DNA of 52,254 nt from a virus (taxonomy: Duplodnaviria > Caudoviricetes): positions 1 through 52,254 of the IMG/VR virus record IMGVR_UViG_3300048817_000118. The stretch is one strand, 5' to 3'. A program made the position numbers and the translations under genes. Below are positions 48,501-52,254 of this stretch, in pieces. The stretch's first letter is position 1. Every line of letters begins with the position of its first letter. The notes beneath the pieces were generated by a model. The model saw only the letters and a list, made by a program, of their open reading frames with translations, was not told where the DNA came from and searched no databases.

Positions 48501-49700
48501 TCCGAGCACCAGGAGATGGACCACGTTACGGTGGACTGCAACGACACCGCGACGGCCAACGACCAGCACATCGGGTACCTGCAGCTTTACGGGCAGGAGG
48601 GCACCAAGCTCCACGACGCCTCTCTGGTCAACTGCTACTGGTCGGACTTCGTAATCCACGGCAATAAGGGATCGCACAGCGGGCCATACTCCAACATCAA
48701 CGCCGGGAAGAACAACAACGCCGCCACCGTCCCGGTCTCGCTGTGGGGTATCCCGCCACTGGGAGGAATCAGCACCGTCACCATAGTGCCCAACACGGCC
48801 GTCCCGGTGGATATGTTCATATCGATGGACCCCGCTGGAGGGGGCGCGACGGACATAGGCCCCGAGATACACATGGAGAACGCCACCACCGGCATCCAGT
48901 GCGGCGACCTGGTGTCGTTCCCATGGGAGACGGGCGGCACGGGCTGCAGCAACGTCCGGTTCTCCACTTTGAGCGGGAACTCCAACCTGACCACCGTCCT
49001 TCACTTTGTCGCCGCGACCGGGGTGCCTTCGGTAAACGACGTGGTGGAGAATTCGATCACGGCGCAGTCCACGGTCGCAATATTGGACGACATCCACAGC
49101 GCGTCCATTGCCACATTTCCCCCGGTCTACGCCATCAGCACCGGGCAGTATCCGGACGGGTTGGCCGCCAGCCAGCTGACGGGGTCCACCGCCATGCTGA
49201 ATTTAACCTCCACCGCCAACGTGGAGGTCTCCCCCGTTTCCAGCGGCACCAACTACTTTAAGGTCAACATCGCCGGCACCGCCGCGCAACCAGCCTTGGT
49301 CAGCTCTACTAGCACTACAACGGGGCTGTACTTCCCGGCGGGTGGAGTGGGCGTGTCGGCGGCGGGCGCGAGCGTCGGGGTGTTCACCGCCAACGGTCTT
49401 GCCACTAGCGCGGTCGTGTCCACGGGGACCAAGTTCACGGCCTCGGGCTGCTCGAACTCTACCACGGTGGGCGGCGCGACGGCGGGCCGGTTTACCAGCC
49501 CCACCACGGGCCCTTGCACGGTCACCATCACGATGGGCAGCGGGGACACGGCCCCCAACGGGTGGGCATGCTTCGCCTCGGACCAGACGACCCCCGCCAA
49601 CCTGTACGACCAGAAGTCGGGCGGCTCCACGACTACGGCAGTGCTCAGTGGGTCTACGTTGGCGGGGGACGTGATCAGCTTCGGGTGCATCGGGTACTGA
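39507..49700 (+). CDS. Giant (3397 aa) signal-peptide fibre/adhesin-like protein
   Basis: MRKFLSVLLLLAATLMTAAA/Q; SP.FTG.PTAPT fibre repeats, Cys-paired modules, beta-helix-like domains. Confidence 0.8.
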   Translation: MRKFLSVLLLLAATLMTAAAQNTTTFTASNSVTTLTAAAIYSGPGSLTPLPTGTALFQATNALGVPISYQLGGGGQQISVPTICSIVNGAIVQPCMLANVATANPTNFCYSLTIKNSANHVVLGGPSSGYQCLQPTFTNTWCSAATCDLDNFSPTVPQQIFTLSTPTLTTLGGVYGGDCPTGQAATGYNATGHPDCAVVSGGGGGAGVWGAITGTLTNQTDLENALALLSPVASPVFTGIPTAPTPITSSNGTQVANTAYVQNNLAGFAPINSPAFTGTPLAPTVGLSDSSTKLATTGYVQGQNYVTAVSPALTGVPTAPTAAVNTNTTQIATTQFVIGQGYAPITSPTFTGVPAAPTPLISDSSTKLATTAWVNEQGYGTATGNVAGPGSSILNDITLFGGTNGKSIVDAGFGFPLAAAHIGTLAAGSNGLAASATTDTTNASNISSGTLSHARLPALLSGDIPNNAANTTGTASNATLAALATALAAAPAQCLVAGQFATGITAAGVANCSTPTGSGNVTGPVSSVANDLAVFNNNLGTLLSDSAVPLNTLATLTGTQTLTNKSISASQINSGALATAVGGTGTSTGLTGIVRGGNPFAASELSGDAATSGSNLVTVNGLKGAALPAPITGYLNYVAGTGWELNALPGGGNVNTSGTPTAGQIGLWVTSTAIQGVTALPASAEPAHTGDVTNAAGSLATTVVQVEGGAIPASAALVGTNSSKQLVANTGTITNSTSGNAATATAAVALASTPAQCTSGQFATGIAANGTANCTTPPGGGNVSNSGTPTVGQIAAFTSATVIQGLTTLPTSAEPAHTGDVSNSAGSLGMTVLRLNGGTIPVSAALVGTNSGSQLVANTGTIANNTSGNAATATSATTAATATALGATPAQCSGSTFATGITANGTANCATPAGSGNVSNTGTPTTGQLAAFTSATVIQGVTTLPTAAVPGFTGDMTNGAGSLATMVGKVNGGLVPTSAALVATNSSAQPVAAALAQGSIFAGNSSNLPVAQAKPVIDVRDIPGVDCTGVSDSSTALNALTGNPPTSNNAITGRTLSFGNCPSINLANTWVVYNQASFVISGVTRSGAAGKGPTITWSGSSGGTMISMNYDDGWQVEGLNFFGSTGAGVDVLFDKNGPGGIWNSTDGKFVNDTFQGANSNWIGVSISPVSKVNVEDVRVEDSSFYCNAAVSTTAAIGIEVGASYNAKNEIYARNTFQNCYYGIYQKNGSFVASYNEFTSNGGTCGSGGGADIRGDTSSDVDIIEGNLDENSLQGFSMNGDVPGFGFGHPVIFRGNHAAPAGCENLSRYWYNVLGGTDWIFQGNSWDADSSLVNVIGSNYAGGSNNTHVYASGNNYPNAAFTPWWTNAAGGFSDELGITNDRLFTYGIKPNSEPSASGTEPSPLLVLRSYENGAVSSDDIAFQNIAGRGNGPGTLLVKHTGYGTDVFGWDGAYSDINIIALSTPSVYQVSYGGTTGSTSYTYAIVAYDSLGNSAGSSTSTYASGNAMLSSTNYNQVQWYPLAGATKYCIWRTASSGTPSSTGDIGCTPAVEANGGLGNYQALVFGYALNGNPVTGAYTFNDTGLAGDSSVLPSTNTTGRISVAGEITSTLTTGTAPFSVASTTVVPNLNVEVLNGVTVTGTPATGYVPTATGASTATWQAQSGGGLTLGTAAQVPVMNSGATAYAPVTISGDASMTSAGVHTNKGINGVLLSGLATGIVKNTTATGVPSIAVAADFPTLNQATTGNAATATLASTATALASTPAQCTGSTFATGITAAGTANCATPSGSGNVSNTGTPTAGQIAAFTSATVIQGLSAIPNGITATTQTTGDNTTKLATDAFVLANSSFTAYQTNSVPLTSSATVNFQNSTAFNGLTATFTNPSAGNVQLGFNGALGNGGLANSTIGVAGTANQIVSSVAAPALGGSTTLSIANPFSFPGKFTASLSTTSAASYNIPNGAAPTVPVNGDEWSLAGIRQFYDGTHTNSFTTIQGAVTSGHCPVFSGTAGLFVDSGANCGGVQVYPGAGVPSSTGSAWGASYTVGIVANDLVQLNSSAQLPAVSAALLTNFPTLNQSTTGNAATATTATSATTASTATALAATPAQCTSGQFATGVTAAGTANCSTPAGSGNVSNSGTPTAGQIAAWTSSTVIQGLSAIPNGITATTQTTGDSTTKIATDAFVLANSSSTAFQANGTALTSSATVNYENSAAFNGLTVTFANPSAGNVQAGLTGTLGNAGLANSTVGIVGTANQITSSTAAPALGGSTTIGIANPFSFLGKFTAALGTTSAASFNVPSGSAPTAPVSGDEWNLAGVHQFYDGTHTNSFTTIQGAVTTGHCPQFSGTAGLFVDSGAGCGGVQVYPGAGVPSSTGSAWGASYTVGTGVNNLVQLNSSSQLPAVSAALLTNFPTFNQNTTGTASNLSGTPALPSGTTGTTQTTGDNTTKLATDAFVLANGGAAPPLGTAAQIPVVNSGATAYAPVTVSGDAVLTAAGAVTNKGMNGVLMSGLATGIVKNTTTTGIPSIAVAADFPTLNQTTTGNAATATSATTATTATSATTAANLSGTPALPNGTTGTTQTVGDGSTKLATDAFVLANAGGGGGPTLGTATQMPIMNSGATAYVPQTISGDVSGITAAGVTTVASLHLASPTTNAILKETSGGNAVPSTLLDNGTTVSTSEPLTVGASANFTIDATGVSTAYSWKPPVISGATTGAQVWTGTGSVEQGSLFPLQGTDANILSSGTISGTGAALCTDANGGASTSGCSPVGLTGPLQIPASLSTDICGGTSSIKSLLIAQNSNTDAATIDLRALVGTTLACQSDPFAGFTGSGQVIQGGFTLATDVPILVPTEVNWHGVGAPEGGGSAIQASATFHTNFPMVAGGSGSATLCVTPGSDAIKMGTNVAGTCTAGGTGTFTPAGPTSLVHYAVGICPTGATCTPINTVFIGTINSVTTASAAVMDEQLNSPFTLPATSAGYQYVFVMPVTMPSLRNTACIGTSAACDSEHQEMDHVTVDCNDTATANDQHIGYLQLYGQEGTKLHDASLVNCYWSDFVIHGNKGSHSGPYSNINAGKNNNAATVPVSLWGIPPLGGISTVTIVPNTAVPVDMFISMDPAGGGATDIGPEIHMENATTGIQCGDLVSFPWETGGTGCSNVRFSTLSGNSNLTTVLHFVAATGVPSVNDVVENSITAQSTVAILDDIHSASIATFPPVYAISTGQYPDGLAASQLTGSTAMLNLTSTANVEVSPVSSGTNYFKVNIAGTAAQPALVSSTSTTTGLYFPAGGVGVSAAGASVGVFTANGLATSAVVSTGTKFTASGCSNSTTVGGATAGRFTSPTTGPCTVTITMGSGDTAPNGWACFASDQTTPANLYDQKSGGSTTTAVLSGSTLAGDVISFGCIGY
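44709..46718 (+). repeat. About 1-kb diverged tandem duplication inside the giant gene
   Basis: FPTLNQ...LPAVSAALLTN block occurs twice (44709-45704, 45705-46718). Confidence 0.9.
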
Positions 49701-52254
49701 TGCGCCGGTTGATCCTACTGCTGTTTATGGCGACGGGCTTCACGTTCGCGTCGGACATTTACTTCGCTCCGAGTTCGGCGGGGTCGAACAACGGAACTTC
49801 CTGTAGCAATGCCTACGCATATAGTGACGGCTCGCACGGCTGGAGCGTAGCTGGGCAGCAAGTAGCCGGAAACAATCTTCATGTCTGCGCCGGAACGTAC
49901 ACGATTTCGTCCGGCGGAACCGCGCTAACCACTCACACCAATGGCTCGAGCGGCAGCCCAATCACGTTCATTGCCGATCAGGGGATTGCGATTCTTCAGT
50001 CTCCTGCCTTTGGCACTGCGCTATCTCTCAACAATACCTACTGGGTAATCAACGGCGTCCAGTCTATAGGCACGGTGAATACACAGAATGCTGCTACCGG
50101 AGGTTGCGCCGCCAATTGTGTCAGTTGGGTGTCGGGGCCAACCTTTAAGACTAACCAGCCCGCAATCGCCATCGCCGGACAATACTATCCGGTTGCCTCG
50201 GTCATCAGTTCGACACTGCTTCAGGTCACAGACCAAAGCGGCAGTGGAGTGTTCGCTCCCGGTACGCAGACCGGTGTACCCTATGCCGCCAACAACCTAA
50301 CAATTCAGAACACGCTGAACGGCACGTCTGGCGCGACTTGCGCCGGAGGCTCTTGCAGTCTTCAGAATTCGACAATCGCAGCGGATATCAGCGCCAACAA
50401 CGTCACGATTGAGAACGTTCATATCCAGAACATGTACGTTCACAACTACTTGAATCCATCGAACGATGTTACGGCGGGCGTGCTGTTCGGCATCGAGGGG
50501 TTGGGCGTGAACAACGTCACGATCAGCGGGAATACGTTCAGCGAAACGCGGCTGGCGATAACGCTTTGGGGCAACAGCGTCACCATTAACAATAACTCCT
50601 TCTTCGACAATGCCGCGACGTGGTGGTTCGGTCCTAACACGACGACGACGGGCGGGGTGTACCACGACAATTACATGTCAAACATCGGGAACTGGAACCA
50701 TAGCGGCCACCTGGAGTATGTCCACCACTTCAGCAGTCCCGGCATAGAAACCGGGATGATGCTTTATAACAACTTCTACGGAAGCACGAACTGCGCCTAC
50801 GGACCGCCTCCGCCTGCTCTGGGTGATTGTAGCGGCACGGCGAAATTCTACCACGAAGGATCGAGCGCGAACGAGACGCACTTTAACGAAGTGTTCATCA
50901 GCGATGACGGTATTGGTTACCTCCCCGGAATCGAATACGAAAACGGCACGCTGGGCGGAGGTCACACTCACACTAATCTGACCGTGGTTAATGAAACCTT
51001 TCTCCAGGGTTCGGAAGTCGGAACAGGGAACGTTGGGATGCAGTGGGATAGCGGCATGAGCAACGCCACCTTCCAGAACAATTTGGTAGGTGGTGGAATC
51101 ACTCTGGCGTTCTTCACTCAGAGTGTGGGAGCTTTTATTTCAGATGGTATCAACTACAACGTCTACGAGAACATTAACGCTGATTTAGGTGCCACAAATA
51201 ACTGGGGTGCGCCTTGTACCAGTGGCGGCGGTTGCGTACCCCTAGCAACTTGGCAGGCGGCATTGCCTTCGGGCAGTGGAACCGACGCAAACTCAGTCCT
51301 GAACACACTTACAAACCTGAAGGTAAGCGCCACCACAGGTCTACTCAGTTCAGGTTCTCCCGCTATCGGGTTGGGCGTGAATCTGACCGGAACACTTTCA
51401 CTTCCAGCCGCATGGAATACCGGGGCTCCGCAATTCTTTGGAGCGGGCGGAACATGTGGAACCGGCTGCGTGGCGCGACCTTCGACTGGCGCTGTGGATG
51501 TGGGTGCTTACCCCTTTTCCTCTGGTGGTGGTAGCTTCGCGCTCACAGTCACCGACGTCGGCACCGGCACGGTGACCAGCTCGCCCTCGGGCATCAGCTG
51601 CCCCGGCACCTGCTCCGCCAGCTACGCCTCCGGCACCGTGGTCACGCTTACCGCCGCCGCTGGGACGGGATACACCTTTACCGGGTGGTCCGGAGCAAGC
51701 TGCAGCGGCACCGGTACCTGCGCGGTGACCATGTCGGCTGCGAAGTCGGTCACGGCCACATTCGCCGTGCAAAATTTGCCTACCTTGCCTCGGTTGTGGG
51801 TCAACAATAACGAAGGCAACGCGGCGTTCAGTTACGAATTGAGCCTGCCGTCTACTTGGATCACGGGACCGCCGGGGGGGTGCACCTTCCACGTACCGTA
51901 CTGGTCCGGGGTTCCCACGCTGGTCGGATTTCAGTCGGCGATTGTGGACATAGAGGTGTGTCGCACAGCTACTGGGGTAGGAATAATGCTGGACATTCCT
52001 CCGGCGCTTTATACCGGCGCTTCGGGGTTGTATGTTCCTCAGTCCAACACGGTGCAGGCGACCACTTTCCTAGGAATGCGTTCCAATCAAGATGCGTTCT
52101 TGCCGAACGGTACCACAGTTTGCTCCCACGGTATCCAGGACAACTTAGCCACCTCGACCGACATAGGCTTGGATAATCCGGATTGCGCCGGAGACGTGAT
52201 GTACTACCAGTTGGGAACGACGCAGACCACGGTGTCGGTTGGACCGATTACGCT
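49700..52254 (+). CDS. >850-aa signal-peptide beta-helix protein with choice-of-anchor-Q-like and InlB-B/Flg_new-like domains (truncated)
   Basis: Not in the ORF track; translated by hand with no stop to the window end. TGATG overlap with the giant gene; MRRLILLLFMATGFTFA/SDIYFA; GSPAIG.G...RP...DVGAY; GTGTVTSSPSGISC..C...GT.VTLTA....FTGWSG..C.GTG.C.VTM. Confidence 0.85.
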   Translation, partial: MRRLILLLFMATGFTFASDIYFAPSSAGSNNGTSCSNAYAYSDGSHGWSVAGQQVAGNNLHVCAGTYTISSGGTALTTHTNGSSGSPITFIADQGIAILQSPAFGTALSLNNTYWVINGVQSIGTVNTQNAATGGCAANCVSWVSGPTFKTNQPAIAIAGQYYPVASVISSTLLQVTDQSGSGVFAPGTQTGVPYAANNLTIQNTLNGTSGATCAGGSCSLQNSTIAADISANNVTIENVHIQNMYVHNYLNPSNDVTAGVLFGIEGLGVNNVTISGNTFSETRLAITLWGNSVTINNNSFFDNAATWWFGPNTTTTGGVYHDNYMSNIGNWNHSGHLEYVHHFSSPGIETGMMLYNNFYGSTNCAYGPPPPALGDCSGTAKFYHEGSSANETHFNEVFISDDGIGYLPGIEYENGTLGGGHTHTNLTVVNETFLQGSEVGTGNVGMQWDSGMSNATFQNNLVGGGITLAFFTQSVGAFISDGINYNVYENINADLGATNNWGAPCTSGGGCVPLATWQAALPSGSGTDANSVLNTLTNLKVSATTGLLSSGSPAIGLGVNLTGTLSLPAAWNTGAPQFFGAGGTCGTGCVARPSTGAVDVGAYPFSSGGGSFALTVTDVGTGTVTSSPSGISCPGTCSASYASGTVVTLTAAAGTGYTFTGWSGASCSGTGTCAVTMSAAKSVTATFAVQNLPTLPRLWVNNNEGNAAFSYELSLPSTWITGPPGGCTFHVPYWSGVPTLVGFQSAIVDIEVCRTATGVGIMLDIPPALYTGASGLYVPQSNTVQATTFLGMRSNQDAFLPNGTTVCSHGIQDNLATSTDIGLDNPDCAGDVMYYQLGTTQTTVSVGPIT

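Noticed and set aside
10009-49690. Many long antisense or alternate-frame ORFs (e.g. 10017-11321, 28161-29429, 41414-42712)
   Set aside because: Expected shadows of high-GC3 genes; no motifs.

Overview
This window is most of a tailed dsDNA bacteriophage or prophage genome, with both ends cut mid-gene. The left arm (1-8381, - strand) is an early/replication region: a pentapeptide-repeat gene, many small mosaic ORFs, a Fis-type HTH, an N4/N6 DNA methyltransferase, a permuted papain-like enzyme, a J-domain protein and a DUF3854/SF3 primase-helicase. A divergent AT-rich promoter/origin region follows (8382-8830). The + strand (about 8870 to the end) carries a Bcep781/Bcep1-type myovirus morphogenesis operon: terS, PBSX-type terL, DUF1073 portal, DUF2213 protease, decoration protein, DUF2184 capsid, DUF4054 adaptor, neck, DUF3383 sheath, tube, frameshifted chaperone, short tape measure with SLT domain, baseplate and a short fibre. 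Standouts: (i) four Cys-rich Thr/Gly/Ser-rich proteins with export signals inside the virion operon, including a 3397-aa modular giant and an uncalled >850-aa ORF; (ii) an exact 39-nt copy of terS sequence, antisense in the early transcript, fused to a duplicated G-U hairpin/RBS leader; (iii) a transposase-less IS1595(ISNwi1)-like cassette with TIRs and target duplication; (iv) cargo genes bracketed by duplicated leaders; (v) a structured 102-nt intergenic RNA candidate. No integrase, holin/endolysin cassette, tRNA or CRISPR array was seen. Family names come from motif recognition, not database searches. The Acidobacteriota host guess is inference.
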